A stretch of 14,667 nucleotides of DNA from Candidatus Hodarchaeota archaeon. Lineage in GTDB: Archaea; Asgardarchaeota; Heimdallarchaeia; Hodarchaeales; Hodarchaeaceae. The notes below the pieces were generated by a model. It saw only the letters and a program-made list of their open reading frames with translations. It was not told the origin of the DNA and did no database searches. A program made the translations under genes and the position numbers. Position 1 is the first letter of the stretch; every line of letters starts with the position of its first letter. The stretch lies in NCBI GenBank assembly GCA_016839815.1, contig JAEOTM010000042.1, forward strand, positions 1 to 14,667, read 5' to 3'. This document shows positions 1-7,590 of the stretch, piece by piece.

Positions 1-1359
1 GACAGTTTAGAATTATTGGAAAACGTTCTTAAGAAATCTAAGTTACTTAATAAAGGCCTTCTTTCTGTTGATACGCTATTAATAAAAGAAGAGACCTTGT
101 GGCGTATGGGTAATTATGACGAGAGTTTGAATACTATACATGAAGCTGAGCTTCTAATATCTAGTTTACCAAAAACAAGCATTCTTATTGAAAAGGATTC
201 GATACTAAAAAGGCATCAAGGAATCATTATTCAAATAAAGGGAGATTTAAGGAAGGCGCTCGAAATTACTTTCCAAAGTTTGGAGTTAGCGAAAGAATCT
301 GGAAATAAACACTGTATTGCAGGTTGTTTAAATAACATTGCAGTCTACTATAATGGGTTAGGTGAATTAGAGGATGCTCTCGAATTTTATAAGCAAAGTC
401 GAGATTTATTTGAGGAGGTTGGAAATAAACTCGATTTAGCGATGAATCTATCAAATATAGGCATAGTTTATGGTCAAATGGGCAAAATTACCATGGGTTT
501 AGAGTACTTGGATAATAGTTTACAACTTTGGCACGAAATTGGTAATGAATATGAAATTACTCGTACTCAGATTTCTATCGGTTTCCTCCACATTAGAAAT
601 GGCAATACAGACAAAGCGTTAAAATATAGTAAAGATAGCTTTGAACTTTCTAATAAGATTGGGAACTGGGAACGTATAGCTAGTGCAGCATATAATCTGT
701 TATTATGCTATCATTTTCAAGGTAAGAGAGAAAAAGCAGAGGCTTATTCAAAAATTATGTATGAGTCTATCAAGGATGATTCTAACCAGTTCCTGAATCA
801 GTTGAAAAGATATGGAAGAGCATTAGTTCTAAAAATGAATCCTCGTATAATTGAGAAGGTAAAAGCACAAGAAATTCTTCAAGAGTTGTCAAAAGAGGAA
901 TTTAACGACTCTGATTTACATTATTACGTGTTAATGAATTTATGTGACCTGTTACTCTTTGAATTCAAATTGTATGAAGAGTCAGCTGTATTTCAAGATA
1001 TAAAACAGCTTTTAGAGGGGATGCACACATTATCAGAAAAAACAAAATCAGCAGAAATGATTAGTCAGACTTTCGTGCTCAGATCAAAATTCGCATTGAT
1101 TGAAGGGGATTTAAAGAAAGCAGAAAGAATACTAGAAGATGCAAAAATATACACGGACGATTTAGAGATAAATTGGATCAAAAGAATGGTAAGTCGTGAG
1201 AGAAGACTGCTTGTTAGGGAATTAGACAAATGGTCAGAGTTAATTAAGCAAAATGCACCAGTAAAAACAAGGATTGACCAGGCACGCCTCTTGGAATATG
1301 TTTCTCTTGCTTCTAGCTTTATAAAAGAATTTGAAAAATCTCCTCAACCTAGTTCCTGA
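1..1359 (+). CDS. Tetratricopeptide repeat (TPR) protein, 5'-truncated by the window edge
   Basis: The frame is open from position 1 (gac agt tta gaa tta ttg), so the TTG at 16 is probably not the true start. It has tandem ~40-aa TPR_12/MalT-like repeats (IAGCLNNIAVYYNGLGELEDALEFYKQS; LAMNLSNIGIVYGQMGKITMGLEYLDNS; ITRTQISIGFLHIRNGNTDKALKYSKDS) followed by a helical C-terminal region. Stop TGA at 1357-1359. Confidence 0.9.
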   Translation, partial: DSLELLENVLKKSKLLNKGLLSVDTLLIKEETLWRMGNYDESLNTIHEAELLISSLPKTSILIEKDSILKRHQGIIIQIKGDLRKALEITFQSLELAKESGNKHCIAGCLNNIAVYYNGLGELEDALEFYKQSRDLFEEVGNKLDLAMNLSNIGIVYGQMGKITMGLEYLDNSLQLWHEIGNEYEITRTQISIGFLHIRNGNTDKALKYSKDSFELSNKIGNWERIASAAYNLLLCYHFQGKREKAEAYSKIMYESIKDDSNQFLNQLKRYGRALVLKMNPRIIEKVKAQEILQELSKEEFNDSDLHYYVLMNLCDLLLFEFKLYEESAVFQDIKQLLEGMHTLSEKTKSAEMISQTFVLRSKFALIEGDLKKAERILEDAKIYTDDLEINWIKRMVSRERRLLVRELDKWSELIKQNAPVKTRIDQARLLEYVSLASSFIKEFEKSPQPSS

Positions 1360-1408
1360 ATAAAGCCAGGATTAAAAATAGCCCATTTGAACACTACAAT
1401 ATTATTTC

Positions 1409-2359
1409 CTATTTTAAAGCAGGTATTATATTTTTTCCAAAGATCTCAAGATATTCCATTTCTTCTTGATGAGGGAACATAAAGATATAGTGTGATATGT
1501 TTAATTTTTGATAATTACGAAGCTTCTCAATAACCATTTCTGGAGTTCCAATCAAAGCATCTTGAATTCGCTTTTTATACTCGTTTAACGATATTTTTCG
1601 CTTTTTAGCTTCGTTTACCAAACCTTTTGCCATTTCTGTTTCATTAGGATACATCTGTACCCAAAAACCTACAGACCGTTTTAGTGGTTGTCGATCAAGA
1701 TCTCTAGCATACTCATCCAGCTGATTAAAGATCTTTTTCAATTGCTTTACAGAGAATGCCCATGCTAGATTTATTCCATCTCCGTATTTTGCAGCAATTT
1801 GTAGCATCTTCTTCCCACCAGTCATACTTCCTATCCAAATTCGGGGATGGGGTTTTTGAAATGGTTTGGGGTAACATAACGCCTCATCCAAAGAGTAATG
1901 TATTCCATCAAATGATACTTTCTCTTTTTCTCCCCATAACTTGAGGAGAATCTGTAATCCTTCTTCCAGCTGTTCTAAACGAGTTTTAACCGAGGGAAAA
2001 GGGATACCATACGCTTGATATTCAACTTCCTTCCACCCCGCACCATATCCTACTTCTAACCGTCCTTCTGATAGATTATCAAGACTAGAAATTTTCTTAG
2101 CCATTATACTTGGATGTCTGTAAGAATTACAGAAAACCATAGATCCAACTCGCAATTCTTGGAATTTGGTTAGTAAATAGGTCATTACGGTCAGAGCATC
2201 AAATGCGCTTTTTTTTACTGCTTGTTTATCAAGAAACATATGGTCAGACACCCAAATTGAATCGAATCGACTTTTTTCGATAGTTAGACCTATTCTATCA
2301 ATATCTGCTTTTGTATATCCAAATTGAGGTTCTAATTGCATTCCATAGGAAATTTTCAT
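1409..2359 (-). CDS. LLM-class (luciferase-like) flavin/F420-dependent oxidoreductase
   Basis: Motifs FDSIWVSDH, SYRHPSIMAK..SSLDNLSEGRLEVGYGAGW..EYQAYG, PKPFQKPHPRIWIG and LIGTPEMV match the LLM family. An AAAGGAG SD lies upstream of the ATG. F420 dependence is inferred from the subfamily. Confidence 0.92.
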   Translation of the reverse strand: MKISYGMQLEPQFGYTKADIDRIGLTIEKSRFDSIWVSDHMFLDKQAVKKSAFDALTVMTYLLTKFQELRVGSMVFCNSYRHPSIMAKKISSLDNLSEGRLEVGYGAGWKEVEYQAYGIPFPSVKTRLEQLEEGLQILLKLWGEKEKVSFDGIHYSLDEALCYPKPFQKPHPRIWIGSMTGGKKMLQIAAKYGDGINLAWAFSVKQLKKIFNQLDEYARDLDRQPLKRSVGFWVQMYPNETEMAKGLVNEAKKRKISLNEYKKRIQDALIGTPEMVIEKLRNYQKLNISHYIFMFPHQEEMEYLEIFGKNIIPALK

Positions 2360-2367
2360 AAGTTAAA

Positions 2368-2374
2368 CTCCTTT
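2368..2374 (-). promoter_or_regulatory. Shine-Dalgarno AAAGGAG for the LLM gene
   Basis: Plus-strand ctccttt at 2368-2374 reads AAAGGAG on the minus strand, 8 nt upstream of the ATG at 2359. Confidence 0.6.
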
Positions 2375-2382
2375 AAATGTAG

Positions 2383-3426
2383 TTAAGGTTGAAGAATAAT
2401 CTTCCCAAAATGATCCCCATTCTCAAGTAGCGTATGTGCAAATTGTGCCTCACTTAGGGGGAGAACTCTGTCAATAACTGGTTTTAGCCTTCCTTGCCAC
2501 ACAAGTTCTAGTACAGAATTCAAATCCCCACGAGTTCCCATAGTAGATCCAAGAAGATCAAACTGTTTCCAAAATAGAAGGTTTATGTTAGTTTCTGCAA
2601 TTGGGCCTGTTGTGGCGCCGCAAGTAACCAAACGACCGCCTTTTCGTAACGAACGCATACTCTTTTGCCAAGTAGCTTGGCCAGCAGAATCAATAACGAT
2701 GTCTACTCCTCTTTTTTGGGTAATTCTGAATACTTCTTTATGAAAATCTGGAGTTGAATTATAATTTATTAAAAAATCAGCTCCTAATTCTTTAGCTTGC
2801 TGTAATTTATCGTCAGAAGAAGAGGTTACGAATATCCGTGCTCCTACTGTCTTTGCAATCTGAAGTGCAGCGAGGGCTACTCCTCCAGAGATACCAGTAA
2901 TCAGTACATCTTCTCCTAATTTGATCTTTGCCCGATCCATTAACATATGGTAAGCAGTCATAAAAGTCAAAGGGACAGCAGATGCATCTAAAAGACTGAT
3001 TGGACTTGATTTTGGGACTGGAATCACGTGAGAAGAAGGAATAGCAATATATTCGGCATAACCTCCACGTTTATGTTCTCCTAGAATTCCGTACGTATTG
3101 CATAATGAATGTTGTCCTTGACAGCAAAACTCACAGGTACCGCAATAGATTCCAGGATCTATTACTACACCTTGTCCTATAGTAAGATTAGAATTCGAAA
3201 CTTCAGATCCTAATTCAGTTATTTTTCCACTAATATCGGATCCTAAAATATGAGGCATCTCTAGTTTCAATCCTGGTAATCCTCTACGAACGAATAAATC
3301 CAAATGATTTAAAGCAACCCCTTCCACCTTAACGAGAATTTCATTGGGCTTGGGTTCTGGTGTTGGAAACTCTTCATATTTTAAATTTTCAATTTTACCA
3401 TGTTCATGAAGTAATACCGCTTTCAT
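2383..3426 (-). CDS. Zinc-binding medium-chain dehydrogenase/reductase (quinone-oxidoreductase-like MDR)
   Basis: GroES-like N-terminus (MKAVLLHEHG..., NHLDLFVRRG, PHILGSD), structural-Zn cluster CGTCEFCCQGQHSLC, Rossmann motif VLITGISGGVA and C-terminal HFGKIIL. The catalytic-Zn Cys and the GHE motif are replaced by N and GSD, as in QOR-like MDRs. Confidence 0.93.
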   Translation of the reverse strand: MKAVLLHEHGKIENLKYEEFPTPEPKPNEILVKVEGVALNHLDLFVRRGLPGLKLEMPHILGSDISGKITELGSEVSNSNLTIGQGVVIDPGIYCGTCEFCCQGQHSLCNTYGILGEHKRGGYAEYIAIPSSHVIPVPKSSPISLLDASAVPLTFMTAYHMLMDRAKIKLGEDVLITGISGGVALAALQIAKTVGARIFVTSSSDDKLQQAKELGADFLINYNSTPDFHKEVFRITQKRGVDIVIDSAGQATWQKSMRSLRKGGRLVTCGATTGPIAETNINLLFWKQFDLLGSTMGTRGDLNSVLELVWQGRLKPVIDRVLPLSEAQFAHTLLENGDHFGKIILQP

Positions 3427-3451
3427 TTATTCACGCTCTACCTAATGAGAT

Positions 3452-3988
3452 TTAGTTAATACCTATCAATTTTTGCCTCTGTTTTTCATAAAACTTCAAC
3501 TGCCAAAGAGTTCCAATTAGGAAATTATACCCCGATGAAGCTCCTACAACCTTTATTTTTCGAATCTCTGATTTTAGGGATTTGATGTGCTCCTGAGTTA
3601 AGTATTTATGCTTTAATAAATCCGTAAAGGGTTTTATTTCATCAGGGTAGTGTCCTCGAAGAAAATATCTAATCAAAGAAGCACTTTTTTTTGTGGTATA
3701 TTCCTCGAATTTAATACTTGATAACTCGTAAAGGATATTCGAAATTGAAGGTTGTATGCACTTCATAGCAGTAATAACTCCTATAAATATATCATCTGAT
3801 TCTGGAGTGCTACCTACACCTATTCCCAACATATTCGGTAACGTTCTCTCTTTAATTTCGTTTATTGAGTTGGGATATTGATAGATTTCTTGCTGAAATT
3901 TTATAAGTAGTGGTTCTATCTGTAAGATGAGCCAGTGAGAGTCGTCTGTGGATATTTCCATATCAATAATCTGAACTACCTTTGACAT
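3452..3988 (-). CDS. DUF2877-family (YlbF/AllH-like) protein, short form
   Basis: LGIGVGSTPESDDIFIG resembles the DUF2877 GxGxGLTPSGDD motif, and TTKKSASLI and VGASSGYNFLIG resemble the TT..S and GHTSG.D...G motifs. I prefer the ATG at 3988; the GTG at 4006 is the alternative. An in-frame stop at 4046-4048 limits upstream extension. Confidence 0.7.
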   Translation of the reverse strand: MSKVVQIIDMEISTDDSHWLILQIEPLLIKFQQEIYQYPNSINEIKERTLPNMLGIGVGSTPESDDIFIGVITAMKCIQPSISNILYELSSIKFEEYTTKKSASLIRYFLRGHYPDEIKPFTDLLKHKYLTQEHIKSLKSEIRKIKVVGASSGYNFLIGTLWQLKFYEKQRQKLIGIN

Positions 3989-4019
3989 CAGGGATTCACT
4001 TAACACTAGTAACTGAATG

Positions 4020-4028
4020 ATTTTTAAT
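4020..4028. promoter_or_regulatory. Candidate shared TATA element between the divergent DUF2877 and TlpA-like genes
   Basis: TTTTTAAT at 4021-4028 lies about 25-30 nt upstream of ATG 4052 (leaderless geometry) and reads ATTAAAAA on the minus strand. The intergenic space is only 45-63 nt. Confidence 0.3.
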
Positions 4029-4051
4029 CTTATTTCTGATGTTCCTTAATT

Positions 4052-5344
4052 ATGCACCTAACAAAACATATCAAGAAATTTATAGTCTTATTTCCCTTAT
4101 TATTAGTTTTACCTTCCTTGATTCCCACAATCATGGCTGACACAAAAGAAGTTCCTGTAGGTGAAGTTGCTCCAAATTTCGATATAGTTGATGTATATTC
4201 CAATGTCAGTTCCCAATTATCAGACTATTTAGGAAAAGTTGTATTAATTGACCTATTTGCTACTTGGTGTGGTCCATGTATTGCGGCTATTCCTGACATT
4301 ATTCGCATTAAGAACTCTTATAATATGACTGATCTTGAAATAATTTCTATCGATGTAGATTCATCTGAATCCTATCAACAAGTGATTTCCTTTGCAGAGG
4401 AAAACAATATGGCGTGGATTGTTTCCCTAGATGAATCGAATATGAGGTTCGATTATGGAACTGGTGCTATTCCCACGATGTACATAATCAATCAAACTGG
4501 ACATGTAGTTTTTAGGGAAATCGGATTTAATTATCATAATATTATCACTACCCTTGATCAATTGATTCAACCTGATTCAGTCGCACCTGAGATTTACTCT
4601 CCTGTTATTACCCCACTGACCCCAGTTCTAACATTCGTTGATAATTTAATCAATATTCAGACAACAAATATAACAGATGATTTTGGTGTCTACAAAATAT
4701 TTGTTAATGTTTCCAATTCAGAGAAAATTAATGTCTATAATCTGTATCCAATTAAGCAAGGAATTACAGGAAAAATAAATGTAAACATAGCTATTGATCC
4801 AATTTTGTTGTTTGGTACTTCTACAGTGGAAGTTTCTATTTCTGCTCAAGATTTTAGGGGTAATAGTCAGATCTCAAATTCAGTTCTTCTGGATGTAGAA
4901 TTAGTTTCCGAAGATTTAACACCCCCTCAGATTTCTAATGTGGTTATCCAATCTTATAAATTACCAGCTCAACCTTCAAAAAAATTATATTCAATAGGCG
5001 TGACAATTACCGACGATACATATGTCGTGGAGGTTACAATGGTATTAAAGGAACAGGGAAAACCAATGGGATACATTATTAACAATATCACTCGTTCGGA
5101 TGAGAATATCGATCAATTCACTGGATCTATCATTCTAAGCGAGGATGCTTTTTTGAACGAGACACGATTGTATGTAGATATCACAGCTACGGATGTTGTA
5201 GGGAAAACCACAATCTATACATCATTATCTACTACTGATGTAGATGTAGAATCCAGTTCTAATGTTTCATCCGGAAACAAATTAATTTTTGTGATTTTAA
5301 GCCTAGTTGGTATTAGTTTAGTGATGAACAGAAGAAAATATTAA
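4052..5344 (+). CDS. Secreted TlpA/redoxin-family thiol:disulfide oxidoreductase with two Ig-like repeats and a C-terminal membrane anchor
   Basis: Signal-peptide-like N-terminus (KKFIVLFPLLLVLPSL), then VGEVAPNF, GKVVLIDLFATWCGPC and IPTMYIINQTGHVVF (TlpA/AhpC-TSA fold). Two beta-rich repeats follow, then a Ser/Thr linker, a TM helix and a basic RRKY tail. Confidence 0.88.
   Translation: MHLTKHIKKFIVLFPLLLVLPSLIPTIMADTKEVPVGEVAPNFDIVDVYSNVSSQLSDYLGKVVLIDLFATWCGPCIAAIPDIIRIKNSYNMTDLEIISIDVDSSESYQQVISFAEENNMAWIVSLDESNMRFDYGTGAIPTMYIINQTGHVVFREIGFNYHNIITTLDQLIQPDSVAPEIYSPVITPLTPVLTFVDNLINIQTTNITDDFGVYKIFVNVSNSEKINVYNLYPIKQGITGKINVNIAIDPILLFGTSTVEVSISAQDFRGNSQISNSVLLDVELVSEDLTPPQISNVVIQSYKLPAQPSKKLYSIGVTITDDTYVVEVTMVLKEQGKPMGYIINNITRSDENIDQFTGSIILSEDAFLNETRLYVDITATDVVGKTTIYTSLSTTDVDVESSSNVSSGNKLIFVILSLVGISLVMNRRKY
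4574..5206 (+). repeat. Two tandem Ig-like protein repeats inside the TlpA-like protein
   Basis: Copy 1: DSVAPEI..NITDDFGV..ISAQDFRGN (~4574-4864). Copy 2: DLTPPQI..TITDDTYV..ITATDVVGK (~4913-5206). The shared DxxxPxI / ITDD / AxDxxG pattern is typical of prokaryotic Ig-like domains. Confidence 0.7.
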
Positions 5345-5386
5345 GTAAAATCGATAATAGGGTATAAATTAACGAGATTGGTCCAA

Positions 5387-5953
5387 ATGATCAAGAAATG
5401 GAAAATCGTTGGTCTACTAGGAATTGCTTTTTTGTTAGCTTTCTCTGGTCAAACTAGTAATGGGTTCGATGAAACAGAATTATTTACAATACTCCAAAAC
5501 CCAGATGGAATCTATCTCCAGGTTAACTCTCCTTTGAATCTAACTATCGTCAACAACCTGGATATTGATATCAATTCCGTATTATTGCACTATTGCTCAT
5601 TAGAACCGAATTTTGTTTGTCATTTTCCATGTTTGCAAGTTGAACAGAACAATTATAGTTCTTACAGTGTTGTATTTACTCCAGAGTATGGAATAGGTTC
5701 GGTACTTGGTTACAATTTTGAGATCACAATGGAAAACGGTTCCATATTTAATATTCCTGATAGTTTAAGTTATTCAGATACAAAGGCTATCCGTGAAGCC
5801 TCAGATAACCTTTTTTACTTTACTTTGACTATTGTAGAGTTTTATCCTTCAGATATACCTTCTGAAACATCTTCAGTAGTCGCTGGATTTTCTATCTTAA
5901 TCACTCCTTTACTCATATTTCCGTTTCTTATCAAAAAACGAACTGGGAGGTAA
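5387..5953 (+). CDS. Secreted hypothetical protein with a Cys/His motif and a PGF-CTERM-like C-terminal anchor
   Basis: Signal peptide MIKKWKIVGLLGIAFLLAFSG (ATG 5387; TTG 5378 is the alternative). Beta-rich body containing HYCSLEPNFVCHFPC. The C-terminus SETSSVVAGF-SILITPLLIFPFLI-KKRTGR has motif, TM and basic tail. Confidence 0.8.
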   Translation: MIKKWKIVGLLGIAFLLAFSGQTSNGFDETELFTILQNPDGIYLQVNSPLNLTIVNNLDIDINSVLLHYCSLEPNFVCHFPCLQVEQNNYSSYSVVFTPEYGIGSVLGYNFEITMENGSIFNIPDSLSYSDTKAIREASDNLFYFTLTIVEFYPSDIPSETSSVVAGFSILITPLLIFPFLIKKRTGR

Positions 5954-5960
5954 CCTACAT

Positions 5961-5970
5961 TCCTTTTTTC
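5961..5970 (+). terminator. Candidate archaeal oligo-T terminator
   Basis: A pyrimidine tract with T6 (5964-5969) begins 8 nt after the stop at 5953. Confidence 0.35.
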
Positions 5971-6057
5971 CTCTACCAAAGAAGTGATTATATCAGAGTA
6001 TCAGATCAGAACTCTTAAAATTTAAATTGAAATGATCCAAATTAACAGGTGAACAGA

Positions 6058-6351
6058 GTGATTTCTAAGAAGATCTCAAAGCTATTCCAAGATTACTATC
6101 GTCTATCTCAAAGATCGCGGTCATCCCAGATTATTTATGGATTATTGGCTGGTTTACTTGTCTGGTTCACTGGGATACTTCTCGCATTTATTCTTGATGG
6201 TTTTGTTAGCGATAATACCTTTGGAGAAACGTTTCTTCATGATTTACCAGGTTTTACTTTAGTATTTGGATTGGGTCTTCTTCTAGAGCTATGGGGACTA
6301 ATTCCTCGTTTAAAAACACCTAGTCCTGTAACGAACGCAGAAGAAACCTAA
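6058..6351 (+). CDS. Small membrane protein (two predicted TM helices), unknown function
   Basis: Basic N-terminus and hydrophobic segments IIYGLLAGLLVWFTGILLAFIL and GFTLVFGLGLLLELWGLI. AGGTGA at 6047-6052 looks like an SD, favouring GTG 6058 over GTG 6049. Confidence 0.7.
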   Translation: MISKKISKLFQDYYRLSQRSRSSQIIYGLLAGLLVWFTGILLAFILDGFVSDNTFGETFLHDLPGFTLVFGLGLLLELWGLIPRLKTPSPVTNAEET

Positions 6352-6379
6352 TTAAGATTCAACACGTGTAGATCGATTT

Positions 6380-7426
6380 TCACAAAGATTTTGCTTGTGT
6401 GGAGTCTCCACTAGATTGATCATGTTCGATTTTGTTAATATAAGTCATTAACATAACAACAGCGAATAATATAATTGCTCCAAGCAACTGTAGACCAGAA
6501 AGACCAAATCCAAGAAAATAGAAGTTCACAAAGATTGCCAACACTGGAAATGCAAGTTCAGCAACTCCTCCAACGAAAGCGCGCGACCAGCGTAATCCAT
6601 AATAGTATAATGCCAAAGGAAAAATTCCACCTGTGAAAATTGTAACTAATACAATAGATAAAAATCCATTAATTGGGATATTAAAGTCAGATCCAAATGT
6701 ATAAATCGTTTCGCTAAGAACATCGAAATTTCTTGAACTGTAAGCTCCAACAACTAAATTAACAACTATTAGGACTATGGAACCGCCAATATAGCGCAAT
6801 GTTGTTAAATTCCAATAGTCTACTTTCTCCGTTAACACGCGTCCCCATACAGTATTGGAACCCCAGAATATTGCAGCAATTAAGGAGAATAGCGCTGCAT
6901 AAAAAGCATTCATCGATTCCTCTGTTAGATCCTCAACGATCATTAAGTAGATTCCACAAAACGCAACTACTAATGCAAGATAAAACCACTTTGAAGGCCT
7001 TTCTCTCAATACCACCATAGCAAATAGCAATGTGATTAAAGGTTGACTTTTCTGTAATAGAATTGCTATTGTTGGATTTCCATAACTAAAAGCCAACATA
7101 AAGAAATATAGACCTAGTCCAGAACCTAGAGACATAAAAAAGAAGGATAACCAGTCTTTTCTGTCGAATGATTCAACTTGTTTCCTTAAAAGTCTATGTG
7201 CCTTTCGAGAGAATAAGAGTAGTAGAACGAGAAATGTACCAATGAGATGCTCAACTAGTACGATAAATATTGAACGAGATGGTACGATAGCTGGATCAGG
7301 GGGAAATAATTCATAATTTTTCAGTACAAGAGGGTATCGTACTGGTGCATCAAATGCACGGAGAGCATTCGCAGCTGCTACAACAGCAGGTCCTATAATT
7401 ACTTCTTTTTGTTCCTGAGGATCCAT
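6380..7426 (-). CDS. DMT/EamA family transporter
   Basis: About 10 hydrophobic segments in two EamA repeats. Motifs: AILLQKSQPLITLLFAMVVLRER, AAIFWGSNTVWGR, LYYYGLR..A..GGVAELAFPV, LQLLGAIIL. Start is ATG 7426 or GTG 7435. Confidence 0.92.
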   Translation of the reverse strand: MDPQEQKEVIIGPAVVAAANALRAFDAPVRYPLVLKNYELFPPDPAIVPSRSIFIVLVEHLIGTFLVLLLLFSRKAHRLLRKQVESFDRKDWLSFFFMSLGSGLGLYFFMLAFSYGNPTIAILLQKSQPLITLLFAMVVLRERPSKWFYLALVVAFCGIYLMIVEDLTEESMNAFYAALFSLIAAIFWGSNTVWGRVLTEKVDYWNLTTLRYIGGSIVLIVVNLVVGAYSSRNFDVLSETIYTFGSDFNIPINGFLSIVLVTIFTGGIFPLALYYYGLRWSRAFVGGVAELAFPVLAIFVNFYFLGFGLSGLQLLGAIILFAVVMLMTYINKIEHDQSSGDSTQAKSL

Positions 7427-7590
7427 AGTATACACATTCAGACAGTTAATCGAAACTAATAGAAAAAATAATGATATTTCGAAACCAGATATGCTCTACT
7501 TAAATATTTCTAACTTACTCTAAATTGAGTATACCAATCCAGATCGAGTAAAGTAAGAGTTTAGAATGTTATAGGTTATTCACGCTGTAT

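Noticed and set aside
266-454. 62-aa minus-strand ORF
   Set aside because: Antisense shadow inside the TPR gene with no recognisable motif.
1756-1944. 62-aa plus-strand ORF
   Set aside because: Antisense to the well-supported LLM gene.
6799-7020. 73-aa plus-strand ORF
   Set aside because: Antisense to the DMT transporter, with no protein-like features.
7436-7590. Imperfect inverted repeats between yyaL and the DMT gene (TACTC/GAGTA; TTCTAA/TTAGAA)
   Set aside because: Short, AT-rich and bulged; not distinguishable from chance.
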